The notes beneath the pieces are model-generated. The model worked only from the letters and a program-made list of their open reading frames with translations. It had not been told where the DNA came from and made no database searches. The position numbers were made by a program, and so were the translations under genes. From a virus (Duplodnaviria > Caudoviricetes), in IMG/VR virus record IMGVR_UViG_2974719393_000001, positions 1 to 64,000 of that record: 64,000 bases of DNA; one strand, given 5' to 3'. This document shows, piece by piece, positions 1-8,248 of this stretch; within the stretch, counting starts at the first letter, position 1; the number at the start of each line of letters is the position of its first letter.

Positions 1-6
1 GACAAT

Positions 7-888
7 TTGGGTTTCGAAGCAGAGCGTAAGCAAGTTAAGAAAGCTACTGTACCTTATGTATATGGCTCGAAACGTGAACCGATGAACGTCTTCGGCGAAG
101 AACTGTACCAGAAGTTCATTGATGCTTACGCGGCAGTAGTTCCTTGGGCAGAATGGGCGAAGAACACACTAATCAACTGTTGGAACTCACTTGCTCATTA
201 CCATGAGTGGGAGACTCCTGACGGTGGTGTGGCTCACGTTAAGGTTATCCGCAAGGATGACACCAAAGGCTACTTCCAAGGCCGCCAGTACACATACGAG
301 TACAAAAAAGTAGGTGAGAAAGGTAAAGGCGAAGAAGGCACTCGTTCACTAGGTGCCAATGTGACACACAGCTATGATGGCTACGTGTTACGTGAACTTC
401 ACCGTCGCTGTAATTACGACCCACGTCGTATCCGTTATGCACGTGACATCATCAAGGCTTACTTGATTGATGCTACTGCACCGGTACACGCTAACCGTAA
501 TATGAACCGCAAGAAGAAACTATTCCACCTACAGAAAATCTCCAAGCGCTTCAACACAATCTCAGTACGTGCTGCTAACTACATTGATAGCTTCACTGTA
601 CAAGGTTGTGACAAAGACTACTTGAAAGGTCTGTACCAACGTTTGAATCGAATGCTTGAGTATTCACCATTCGAAGTACGCACAATTCATGATGAATTTG
701 CATGCTGTCCAAACCACGTACAACGCATGAAGTCTTACTACAACATTCTGTTGGCAGAAGCGTACCAATCAACATGGCTATTTGATGTGATTCAGGACTT
801 GTCCGGCATCTCATACCATGAATACCAACCTGAAATCGAGCAAGACATTGTTGAAGCTATCTTGAACAACAACTACTCACTCAACTAA
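7..888 (+). CDS. N4-like RNA polymerase II subunit 2 (T7-like RNAP C-terminal half, N4 gp16-like); 5'-truncated by window edge
   Basis: Motif B R-x3-K-x7-YG (RKQVKKATVPYVYGS), 'LGANVTHSYDG' and motif C 'IHDEF' of single-subunit RNAPs; vRNAP present in the same genome. Confidence 0.9.
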   Translation: MGFEAERKQVKKATVPYVYGSKREPMNVFGEELYQKFIDAYAAVVPWAEWAKNTLINCWNSLAHYHEWETPDGGVAHVKVIRKDDTKGYFQGRQYTYEYKKVGEKGKGEEGTRSLGANVTHSYDGYVLRELHRRCNYDPRRIRYARDIIKAYLIDATAPVHANRNMNRKKKLFHLQKISKRFNTISVRAANYIDSFTVQGCDKDYLKGLYQRLNRMLEYSPFEVRTIHDEFACCPNHVQRMKSYYNILLAEAYQSTWLFDVIQDLSGISYHEYQPEIEQDIVEAILNNNYSLN

Positions 889-896
889 GGATTAAT

Positions 897-998
897 ATGA
901 GAAGCCACCAGCAAGTAGGCTTATGCCTTATTGCTATCGGTGCGTTTGTAGACAATGGGCTCCTAATACTATTAGGGCTCATTGTTTTATTTTCGTAG
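897..998 (+). CDS. small hydrophobic/membrane protein (33 aa)
   Basis: AAGGA SD, ATG at 897, hydrophobic MRSHQQVGLCLIAIGAFVDNGLLILLGLIVLFS, TAG overlapping the SD of the next gene. Confidence 0.55.
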   Translation: MRSHQQVGLCLIAIGAFVDNGLLILLGLIVLFS

Positions 999-1007
999 GA
1001 GATAGTT

Positions 1008-1247
1008 ATGGGCGTACGAGCAGAGCTACGACGACAACGCAACTTACGGCTGCGAGGCACTTGGCGCAAGCGCCTGTGCCTCTGGCCTAAGGTAATTTAT
1101 GACCCAGATAAACAAACTAATGTCATTATTTGACCTTTCAACACGTATTGGGAACAATACATCATCGGACACCACGGCTACGACGGTGGATGGTACGCAT
1201 CAACAAGGAAATATGGAAACTATGGAACAGAAACTTGTAATCTTTGA
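1008..1247 (+). pseudogene. small ORF interrupted by one in-frame TGA (1131-1133); pseudogene or readthrough
   Basis: AGGAG SD and ATG at 1008; frame reads ...KQTNVII*PFNTYWEQYIIGHHGYDGGWYAST... to TGA 1245-1247, overlapping the start of the next gene. Confidence 0.45.
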
Positions 1248-1683
1248 CCTCGATAACACACTTCGTGACAACAAAGGCAGCTCACACATGATTCCCTGTA
1301 ATCTAGGACTGTCTATGAATATCGCGGCTAACTGGGCACCTTGGCAGGCTTACGTCAATGAGAACAGTAAGCCAATTGAATACATGTGTGAGTTGTATGC
1401 ATCGATGGTGAGCAACCCGGAGTACTTAGTGTACATTGTCACCTCTTCATCCTTTGGCACACTAGATTGGTTAGACAAGCATCATTTACCTGACCCAGAT
1501 GGTGTTGTAGAGCGTGCTATCACCAATGACAGCACACCTACTGACTACAAAAAGAACTACATTGACATCAATCAAAATATTCATTTATGGGTAGATGATT
1601 GTCCTAAAATTTGTAAGTACGCTCGTGAGAAGGAAATCAAAGTCTTACAAGTGACGCACAACTACTACGAACATCAAAAGTAA
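1213..1683 (+). CDS. HAD-superfamily phosphatase (polynucleotide 3'-phosphatase-like)
   Basis: DxDxT motif 'IFDLDNTL', 'VTS', 'K' and 'VDD' motifs; likely start 1213 or 1222 after AAGGA (ORF track starts at 1099). Confidence 0.8.
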   Translation: METMEQKLVIFDLDNTLRDNKGSSHMIPCNLGLSMNIAANWAPWQAYVNENSKPIEYMCELYASMVSNPEYLVYIVTSSSFGTLDWLDKHHLPDPDGVVERAITNDSTPTDYKKNYIDINQNIHLWVDDCPKICKYAREKEIKVLQVTHNYYEHQK

Positions 1684-1698
1684 TTCTTTGCTAATATT

Positions 1699-1726
1699 TG
1701 GGGAGCCGCTGGCTCCCCTTTATTTT
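1699..1726. terminator. intrinsic terminator hairpin GGGGAGCC-GCT-GGCTCCCC-TTTATTTT
   Basis: GC stem plus T-tract between convergent genes. Confidence 0.7.
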
Positions 1727-2028
1727 GTATAATCCCGTTCTTCATGAGTTTTTAATCTGTGACAATTAGCACATAATGTCTGTAAATTTTCAGGCGCATT
1801 ATTCGTATGTTCGCCATCTTTATGGTCTACATCTAATTGACAGGGGTGCTCAGGAACGAACCCACAACGCTCACAATGGTCTTTGCGATGAACTTGGTAT
1901 TCTTTACCAGTTCTAGGCTTTTTACGCCTACACGAGCGACAGAAGCCTCTGTAATACACACCATTCTTCTTACTCTCACGTTTTTCAGTGAGATTATTAC
2001 AGCCTTCGGTTTTACACACTGGTCGCAT
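1720..2028 (-). CDS. HNH endonuclease with N-terminal Cys (Zn) motif, antisense to neighbours
   Basis: CERCG...LDVDHKDGEHTNN..ENLQTLCANCHRLKT HNH motif; AAGGAG SD. Confidence 0.9.
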   Translation of the reverse strand: MRPVCKTEGCNNLTEKRESKKNGVYYRGFCRSCRRKKPRTGKEYQVHRKDHCERCGFVPEHPCQLDVDHKDGEHTNNAPENLQTLCANCHRLKTHEERDYTK

Positions 2029-2051
2029 ACATTACTCCTTTTGGAAAATTA

Positions 2052-2057
2052 AGTATA
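2052..2057 (-). promoter_or_regulatory. putative sigma70-like -10 (TATACT), late-type promoter for HNH gene
   Basis: TATACTTAATTT shared with the upstream region of the paralogue at 6618-6947; TATACT also at 43093 and 61868 upstream of late genes. Confidence 0.45.
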
Positions 2058-2064
2058 AACTATT

Positions 2065-2094
2065 GGGAGCTAGAAATAGCTCCCCTTATTTTTT
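2065..2094 (+). terminator. hairpin GGGAGCTA-GAAA-TAGCTCCC + T-tract
   Basis: GNRA-capped stem followed by TTATTTTTT. Confidence 0.65.
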
Positions 2095-2107
2095 CAAGGA
2101 GTTACCC

Positions 2108-3343
2108 ATGAAGTACGATATGACCAATCCGTTGTTCCTAGAAGCATGTGAGACACAACGACAAACAGAGATTCTCGAAGCCTATCTAAACAACGACCAA
2201 TCAGCATCGAAAGCGGCAACCATCCTAGGGATTAACCGTCGCAACGTCCAGTTAGCACTTAAACGAATTCGAACCAAAGCAGCCCGCCGTAACGGTGGTC
2301 AGGACATCTCCAAAACAGTACCAGATGGATATATGGTCAAAGGCGTATCAGCCTTAGTAGATGGAGATGGAGTAGAGAAGCTGCGTTGGATTAAGACCCA
2401 AGTTGATTGGGAAAAACATCAACAACTCATCGCAGAAGCTGCAGATGCTTTTGCCGGTACAATGCCCAAATACAAACCTCGTAAAGCTCCAGGCAATACA
2501 GAGACTGATATCATTCCATGGTTTAACATCGGTGACGCACACCTAGGCATGCTGGCTCACAGTATGGAAGTGGGTGAAAACTTTGACCTCAAGATTGCTG
2601 AACGTGAACTTATCACAGCCATGATGACTCTCATGATTCAAGCTGGTAAGCACGAACGCTGTGTTATCCAAGATATGGGAGACTTCACTCACTATGAAAA
2701 CATGTCTGGTACTACTGAACACTCTGGCCACGCGCTTGACTTTGATACTCGCTTCCAGAAGATGGTTGGAGTTTATATTCGCACTATGCGTGCTATTGTG
2801 GAGTTTGCGCTGGATAATTTCGACTACGTCGATGTGATTATTAACCAAGGCAACCACTCCCGTACCAACGATATCTGGATGGCTAAATTCCTGCAAAGCC
2901 ACTACGAGAATGAACCAAGACTGAAGGTACTCGATAATGACTCGGTTTTTATTGGCTACCGCATGGGCAACACCTTTGTAATGTCCCACCATTCCGACAA
3001 ATGCAAACACAACAAGCTAGTGGACGTAATGGCGACTGACTTCCGCGAAGACTTTGGTGAAGCCAAGTACAAGTATATTGATATCGGGCATATCCACCAC
3101 AAATCCATTGCCAAAGAATACGGCGATGTGACTATCGAGTCATTCAACCAACTGGCACCAATGGACAAATACGCCTTTGAAGGTGGTTGGCGTTCTCGCT
3201 CTTGTCTAACGTGCGTGCTTCGCTCGCGTACGTATGGAGAGAAAGGTCGATTGATTATCACTGCTGAAGAAGTCAAAGACCTTCTCAAAAATGTGCCAAA
3301 GGGCACACATGTACAATCATTACGTAAGGCGCACAGAGTATGA
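2108..3343 (+). CDS. calcineurin-like metallophosphoesterase with N-terminal HTH
   Basis: GDAH, GDFTH, GNH, HH, GHIH metal-binding motifs; N-terminal 'ASKAATILGINRRNVQ' HTH; AAGGAG SD before ATG 2108. Confidence 0.8.
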   Translation: MKYDMTNPLFLEACETQRQTEILEAYLNNDQSASKAATILGINRRNVQLALKRIRTKAARRNGGQDISKTVPDGYMVKGVSALVDGDGVEKLRWIKTQVDWEKHQQLIAEAADAFAGTMPKYKPRKAPGNTETDIIPWFNIGDAHLGMLAHSMEVGENFDLKIAERELITAMMTLMIQAGKHERCVIQDMGDFTHYENMSGTTEHSGHALDFDTRFQKMVGVYIRTMRAIVEFALDNFDYVDVIINQGNHSRTNDIWMAKFLQSHYENEPRLKVLDNDSVFIGYRMGNTFVMSHHSDKCKHNKLVDVMATDFREDFGEAKYKYIDIGHIHHKSIAKEYGDVTIESFNQLAPMDKYAFEGGWRSRSCLTCVLRSRTYGEKGRLIITAEEVKDLLKNVPKGTHVQSLRKAHRV

Positions 3344-3702
3344 AACGAGAAGATGCTGCAAAACTAGTCAACGCAAACCTTATCCCAGATGAAGCTGGTG
3401 GTATTAAGTATGATGGCGACAAGCCTCGCTATGAACTGATTCCACCCCATGCACTGGAAGAGATGGTTAAGGTTTTGACCGTTGGAGCGAAGAAATACGA
3501 TGCTGAGAACTGGCGTAAGCTAGATAACCTCGCAAATCGCTACCGTGGAGCCCTCCTACGCCACACAATGGCTATCGCTAAGGGCGAACTATACGATGAC
3601 GAAACCGGCCTTCTACATAGCGCACACGCGATGTGCTGCACTGCATTCCTAACTGAGTACTACAAGCTCAAGGAACTAGGTCAGTGGGAAGGAGATAATT
3701 AG
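3340..3702 (+). CDS. DUF5664 dATP/dGTP diphosphohydrolase-domain protein
   Basis: 'KYDGDKPRYELIP...VLTVGAKKY..ENWRK...ALLRH...D.ETGLLHSAHA' family signature. Confidence 0.85.
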   Translation: MKREDAAKLVNANLIPDEAGGIKYDGDKPRYELIPPHALEEMVKVLTVGAKKYDAENWRKLDNLANRYRGALLRHTMAIAKGELYDDETGLLHSAHAMCCTAFLTEYYKLKELGQWEGDN

Positions 3703-3730
3703 CGGTGCCGTTGGCACCTTTTGTGACCGA

Positions 3731-3934
3731 ATGTTCATTCAGTCGGGAAAATTGTATATGTGGTATGAGATTCTAAAAATCACCCAAGAAGTCATCGATG
3801 TTGATTGCGATGTGCGTTTTGAGGATGGAGCGCTTGAGATAGATTTGAAAATCAAAATTCCAATAGCGAAAGAAATTGAAAACATGTATTGCAATTTAAC
3901 TTCCGTGACTGAACATAACCCAAAGGACCCATAA
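3731..3934 (+). CDS. hypothetical protein
   Basis: ORF in the + strand gene array, followed by a terminator. Confidence 0.5.
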   Translation: MFIQSGKLYMWYEILKITQEVIDVDCDVRFEDGALEIDLKIKIPIAKEIENMYCNLTSVTEHNPKDP

Positions 3935-3950
3935 GGGTCCTTTTATTTTT
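3923..3950 (+). terminator. intrinsic terminator AAGGACCC-ATAA-GGGTCCTT-TTATTTTT
   Basis: 8-bp stem plus T-tract. Confidence 0.7.
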
Positions 3951-3962
3951 AAAGGGGTTCTA

Positions 3963-4400
3963 ATGAAAATACTCTACTTAGTGAAACCAAATGGGACAAT
4001 CATAAGTCTACATAAGAAATGCCCATTAAATAGTAGATTAAACAAATCCGGGTATCGGACTGTTAATGCGTTTAGAACGACCAAACTTATACACAGGCTA
4101 ATAGCACAAGTATTTGTACCAAATCCTATGAATAAACCCTTCGTTAATCACTTAGATGGTAATAAATTAAATTGTGACTACACCAATTTAGTGTGGTGTA
4201 CTCAGCAAGAAAACATCATACATGCATGGAAAACTGGGTTAAGTAAGCCACGTGGTTGTAAGCTATCTGATACTGCAGTACATGACATAAGAACTAAACG
4301 AATTAGTTTAGTGAAATTTGGGAAATTATACCGTGTTTCGCCTAGAGCAGTTGCCCAAGTACAAGAAGGACGCACATATAAGCACGTACCTTTGAAATGA
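3963..4400 (+). CDS. HNH homing endonuclease
   Basis: 'IHRLIAQVFVPNP..KPFVNHLDGNKLNC..TNLVWCTQQENIIHA'; AT-rich relative to flanks. Confidence 0.9.
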   Translation: MKILYLVKPNGTIISLHKKCPLNSRLNKSGYRTVNAFRTTKLIHRLIAQVFVPNPMNKPFVNHLDGNKLNCDYTNLVWCTQQENIIHAWKTGLSKPRGCKLSDTAVHDIRTKRISLVKFGKLYRVSPRAVAQVQEGRTYKHVPLK

Positions 4401-4407
4401 ATAGACT

Positions 4408-4436
4408 AAGGGGGCTTCGGCCCCCTTTCTTTTTTC
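4408..4436 (+). terminator. intrinsic terminator with UUCG tetraloop
   Basis: AAGGGGGC-TTCG-GCCCCCTT-TCTTTTTT. Confidence 0.8.
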
Positions 4437-4459
4437 CTTATCCAACCAAGGAGCAAACC

Positions 4460-4696
4460 ATGAAAACAATAGATTCGGGCTCTTTTAGCCTCGGATTAGT
4501 ATGGGGCATATTATTCACCGGTTTATTAGGGTTGTTTGTATACCTACTCTCGTTGTACTCCCCAGGCGAAGGCAGATATTACTACCCGTGGTATGAAACC
4601 GAGGCAATCTGTGTTCAGACTGAAAAACAAAATTGCAGAACTGAATACAAGGAAGTCTACGTTGCTTATGACAGGAGATACGACTATGGAAAGTGA
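4460..4696 (+). CDS. small membrane protein
   Basis: AAGGAG SD, ATG 4460; TM segment LGLVWGILFTGLLGLFVYLL. Confidence 0.65.
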   Translation: MKTIDSGSFSLGLVWGILFTGLLGLFVYLLSLYSPGEGRYYYPWYETEAICVQTEKQNCRTEYKEVYVAYDRRYDYGK

Positions 4697-4940
4697 TGAC
4701 AAATGTCTCATATGGGTGATAGGTATTATGTGTGCATTCTTCCTATTCCTTTTAACTTTTGACGCAACATTCAAAGCATTGGAGCGTGAACATGACATCC
4801 AACAACAGCGACTGGAAATCAAACAGCGTCAAATGGCTTTACAACATGGTGAGCTCCGCGCCCAAATCAGGCTTCACTGTCTGGAGCGAACTGATATTTC
4901 AGGAGATGCCAAATCTAAGGAGTGCTGGGATGAGTTATAG
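4686..4940 (+). CDS. membrane-anchored coiled-coil protein
   Basis: AGGAG SD, ATG 4686; N-terminal TM then Q/E-rich coiled coil. Confidence 0.6.
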   Translation: MESDDKCLIWVIGIMCAFFLFLLTFDATFKALEREHDIQQQRLEIKQRQMALQHGELRAQIRLHCLERTDISGDAKSKECWDEL

Positions 4941-5328
4941 ACACATGAACTTCGGAGCCAACATCAGTTGGAACAAGAAGGAAATGGTACGTGCTTTAAT
5001 CGAAGAACGTATTCCTCGACGTAGACCCACTAACCGAGAAGAGATTCCTGCTTGCATCAAGTGGAACCAATACGCTCGGTGGATTGAGAAGAGTGACGAC
5101 TATCAAACCATACAGCAATACGTTGACGCACAGACTGCCTTCGATACTCCTGATGAGTGGTTCAAACACTTAGTGCAGCAGCACAAAGAAGACAGCAAAC
5201 GTGGTCGTGTCCGTCAATGGTACGCCGATGGTAATCTCGAAGAAGACAGAACTGACCGTCAGGCACAGGGAGGTTCTCGCAAGAAGGGAGGACGTGTCGG
5301 ATGGCCATCGACGAAAACAATCAAGTAA
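4930..5328 (+). CDS. hypothetical protein
   Basis: AAGGAG SD, ATG 4930, overlap-coupled with neighbours. Confidence 0.6.
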   Translation: MSYRHMNFGANISWNKKEMVRALIEERIPRRRPTNREEIPACIKWNQYARWIEKSDDYQTIQQYVDAQTAFDTPDEWFKHLVQQHKEDSKRGRVRQWYADGNLEEDRTDRQAQGGSRKKGGRVGWPSTKTIK

Positions 5329-5591
5329 TCGATGAATGGTTCGATTTACTGCAGATGTACATGTTCCTGCATGACAATCCACCACTCAACTCAATCCTGT
5401 TCGACAACCTAGTCGAATGGGTACATTCCAACACCAAGTGTGAATACACTATGGCTCACCAAATCGTAGACAATCGCTACTTCCAAGTATATGGGAACAC
5501 AAACGACTACAAGCTGTGTCGTGCTCATATGACTGATGCTGAAGAATTAGCGTACCAAAGATGGAGACATACTGATGACCAATCCAACTGA
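5301..5591 (+). CDS. hypothetical protein
   Basis: GGAGG SD, coupled ORF. Confidence 0.6.
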   Translation: MAIDENNQVIDEWFDLLQMYMFLHDNPPLNSILFDNLVEWVHSNTKCEYTMAHQIVDNRYFQVYGNTNDYKLCRAHMTDAEELAYQRWRHTDDQSN

Positions 5592-6051
5592 TACCGAAAT
5601 GCTTAAAAAGGCTGTGGCAACCATGGACCCTAAGCATGGCGGGATGCACCATCGTGCACAAATGCAAACCAAACCAGGTAAAACCCCATCTATGACGGGT
5701 AAACCTCATGAGCGTGCTGTTTATCATGCGATGCAGTACGCCATCAATCCAATTAAGAAAACTCTGACGGACGAAACATGCAGCAACATGCGCGTCACTG
5801 CTATGTCAGCAGAACCGGAATGCGGTCAAGTGTATAACCACTTCGCCAATGGTCTGACAGACCCACGTATTTGGGTTCAACAAGTACAGGCTCTCCATGT
5901 AATCGAAGCAGAAGTGAGCGTAGACACTATCTTCGACCAGATTGGAATGCCTAAGCCAAGCCGCTTACTAATGCGTGCTGCAGTGTACGTGTACGTCAAG
6001 TCTCTATTCTGGGACTATATGCGCAGCATGAAAGAGTTTAACGATGCCTAA
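5575..6051 (+). CDS. hypothetical protein
   Basis: GGAG SD, coupled ORF. Confidence 0.65.
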   Translation: MTNPTDTEMLKKAVATMDPKHGGMHHRAQMQTKPGKTPSMTGKPHERAVYHAMQYAINPIKKTLTDETCSNMRVTAMSAEPECGQVYNHFANGLTDPRIWVQQVQALHVIEAEVSVDTIFDQIGMPKPSRLLMRAAVYVYVKSLFWDYMRSMKEFNDA

Positions 6052-6271
6052 ACCGTTTGACGCATATGCCCCTGAACACCTTGAACTCTACGAATGGTTC
6101 AAGCACTTCCACCCTCAGTGGTGGAAGGAAGTGGACGCTAAAGACTTGATTGGCATTAAAGTGACTCGCGATAACCTAAGCGAACAATTCCCAGTGAATA
6201 ACATATCCCCAAGTGAATGGAATGATTTATGGAATATCTTGGTTGTTCGCCAATCTGCTGGAATTTATTAG
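6044..6271 (+). CDS. hypothetical protein
   Basis: Coupled ORF ending at a triloop hairpin. Confidence 0.6.
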   Translation: MPKPFDAYAPEHLELYEWFKHFHPQWWKEVDAKDLIGIKVTRDNLSEQFPVNNISPSEWNDLWNILVVRQSAGIY

Positions 6272-6287
6272 CACCGCTTCGCGGTGT
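6271..6287 (+). promoter_or_regulatory. N4 vRNAP-type hairpin (GCACCGC-TTC-GCGGTGT; template strand C-GAA-G triloop)
   Basis: One of six intergenic C-TTC-G triloop hairpins without a U-tract. Confidence 0.5.
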
Positions 6288-6612
6288 GTGGTGGAAAGAC
6301 ATCCTGCATCTTTCCAGCATACTTCCTTGTCTAACGACCTTTGTAGGTATTTTTCTACGCCCCTCACCACTCTTGGGGCTTTTTATTCATGTCTAATCGA
6401 CCTTAGTGGGACGGTTGGATGGTAGGCTCGGCTGCCAAGATTGATGCGCATCCACTAAGGTTGGTTTGCTTTGCTCATGCACATCTATCACCGAGACATA
6501 TTCCGAAGCGTTACTGTAGTGCGATACGTGTAAGGTAGCCACCGAGTGCGCTTCGAAATGTGAATTCATCAACTCTGCCCGGATGATGAAACTATCACGC
6601 TTGTGCCCGCTA
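6288..6612 (+). ncRNA. putative structured non-coding RNA(s)
   Basis: No credible ORF; stems TGGAAAGA/TCTTTCCA, AATCGACCTTAGTGG/CCACTAAGGTTGGTT (15 bp with G.U pairs), CGAAGCG/CGCTTCG, TTCATCA/TGATGAA; terminator GCCCC..GGGGC-TTTTT at about 6359-6385. Confidence 0.45.
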
Positions 6613-6617
6613 ATTTC

Positions 6618-6947
6618 TTAGCGGGTATTTCGCCGCATGTGGTCTTGTTGCTTGAATGTTTTTAACCGATGGCAATTAGCACACAAAGTTTGAAAATTAC
6701 TTGGGTCATTATTCAAGTGATTACCATCCTTATGGTCAACATCAAGTTGACAAGGGTGTTCTGGTACAAAACCGCAGACTTCACAATAATCTTTCTTGTG
6801 AGCTTTGTACGCATCAGCACTCTTACCGTGTTTATTCCGCTTTTTGAGGCACTGTGAACACTTAGAGTGATAACGCATCTCACCTGTTCTTGGGCTTCGA
6901 CCGTGCGGTTTGCATAGGTTGCCGCAAGCACATAAAGGTCTTTCCAT
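6618..6947 (-). CDS. HNH endonuclease, paralogue of 1720-2028, antisense to neighbours
   Basis: CEVCGFVPEHPCQLDVDHKDGNHLNN..SNFQTLCANCHRLKT. Confidence 0.9.
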   Translation of the reverse strand: MERPLCACGNLCKPHGRSPRTGEMRYHSKCSQCLKKRNKHGKSADAYKAHKKDYCEVCGFVPEHPCQLDVDHKDGNHLNNDPSNFQTLCANCHRLKTFKQQDHMRRNTR

Positions 6948-7045
6948 AATTTACTCCTTAAAGAAATTAAGTATAGCTGCCTCGCTCTGCGGGCTCATGT
7001 GAATTTGTTCTGGCAATAACGCCTAATTAAACAGAGGGAACTCAC

Positions 7046-7324
7046 ATGAGTGAAAATCAAGAAGTTAAAGTTGTGCGTCATAAGCACGAATTAGAGCTGG
7101 ACGACAATGTCTTTTACAGCATTGTCTGGTCACTAGTTACTGTTTTTGCAATCACATTAATTCTTGCAATTACGCACTACAACACCCATAGCAGCGAATC
7201 GATTGTAAGCATGACTAACAACGGTACTCCAGCTATGGAAGCTTCATGTGCTATTGAAGGCTACTCAGATAGTAACTGTGTGATTCTCAACACCGGTAAC
7301 GCTATCAAGAAAAATTCTCAGTAA
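7046..7324 (+). CDS. small membrane protein
   Basis: TM segment VFYSIVWSLVTVFAITLILAI; C-terminal Cys pair. Confidence 0.65.
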   Translation: MSENQEVKVVRHKHELELDDNVFYSIVWSLVTVFAITLILAITHYNTHSSESIVSMTNNGTPAMEASCAIEGYSDSNCVILNTGNAIKKNSQ

Positions 7325-7325
7325 A

Positions 7326-7625
7326 GTGCTGGTCAGGAACTAGACGCAACTCTCACGACTACCATCGTGCGTCATATAGTTCCGATTAGTGCCCACCCTG
7401 CCAGTTGGGTGATACAACTACGAAGGTTTGCGTGAGCAGTTTCCTTCCCATGTCCCATCCTGACGTGTCTGTAGTTAATGTATCTAGTAAAACTTGGAAG
7501 CGGATGCCCAGGGAGTTCATGCTACTCTCCCTAGCCAGAAGACAAGCATTTGGGGGGAAACCAACGCCCTGCCGCGAAACGTGGGACCGAGTCCTCTTTC
7601 CTTTTCCTGGGGAGGACTCACCTTT
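7326..7625 (+). ncRNA. putative multi-hairpin structured RNA
   Basis: Long irregular hairpin 7326-7392, CACCC/GGGTG, GATACAACTAC/GTAGTTAATGTATC, GGGAG/CTCCC, GAAA-capped stems, GAGTCCTC/GAGGACTC. Confidence 0.45.
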
Positions 7626-7651
7626 TCTTACTCATTGACTAAGGAGTCAGT

Positions 7652-8092
7652 ATGATTCAGAAGTACGTAAACATTTTGTCTCGAATGGCCGAAAAACCTT
7701 ATATGGTCAGTGAGATTGAAGCTTTGGAGCAATGCACCAAGGCTGAAGTTCATTACGCTGTGGAGCAAGCCAAGAAACAAGGTGTTGCTGTAGGCAAGTT
7801 GGGCAATACTCCGTATATGCACTTCTTCATCCAGCCTGATGAAATTCAAAAGCTACCGCGATGTACCATGCAAGATGATATCCGTGATGTCATTAATGCC
7901 GGTGACGCTTGGACGTACAAAGAACTAGGGGATGCGCTAGACCTCACTCAAATACAAGTACGCCGAGCAGTTGCCACCTTAATTAAGTTAGGTGAGATTG
8001 AAGTAAATATTCGACAAATCAAACCAGACAAAGTATGGTGTACGCAAATCCAGTCAGTTCACGCTGAAGAACCATTGTTTACAGGGGTGTAG
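7652..8092 (+). CDS. putative winged-HTH DNA-binding protein
   Basis: AAGGAG SD; 'WTYKELGDALDLTQIQVRRAVATLIKLGEI' wHTH pattern; stop codon lies inside tRNA-Gln. Confidence 0.65.
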   Translation: MIQKYVNILSRMAEKPYMVSEIEALEQCTKAEVHYAVEQAKKQGVAVGKLGNTPYMHFFIQPDEIQKLPRCTMQDDIRDVINAGDAWTYKELGDALDLTQIQVRRAVATLIKLGEIEVNIRQIKPDKVWCTQIQSVHAEEPLFTGV

Positions 8093-8159
8093 CCAAGTGG
8101 CCTAAGGCACGGGTCTTTGATACCTGCATTCGGAAGTTCGAATCTTCCCACCCCTACCA
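8083..8159 (+). tRNA. tRNA-Gln(TTG)
   Basis: Cloverleaf AGGGGTG/CACCCCT-A-CCA, anticodon loop CTTTGAT, GTTCGAATC T loop. Confidence 0.9.
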
Positions 8160-8164
8160 CTTAT

Positions 8165-8241
8165 CCGTGTATAGCTCAGTCTGGTAGAGTAAGCCGTTTG
8201 GGGCGGCGAGGTCGAGGGTTCAAATCCTTCTGCGCGGACCA
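8165..8241 (+). tRNA. tRNA-Pro(TGG)
   Basis: CCGTGTA/TGCGCGG-A-CCA, anticodon loop TTTGGGG, GTTCAAATC. Confidence 0.9.
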
Positions 8242-8248
8242 TATTTTC

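Noticed and set aside
1099-1212. N-terminal extension of the HAD ORF (similarly the upstream starts at 1988, 4397, 4536, 4759, 14440, 50457 and 55109)
   Set aside because: Better SD-supported starts lie downstream, and the extensions overlap other genes or terminators
4408-4436. TTCG hairpin as another vRNAP-type promoter
   Set aside because: It has a 4-nt UUCG loop and a long T-tract, so it is a standard intrinsic terminator
6288-7020. Group I intron or HEARO/IscB-type element around the HNH gene
   Set aside because: No recognisable P7/catalytic-core motifs and no split host gene; the HNH is antisense to the predicted RNA and has no RuvC motifs
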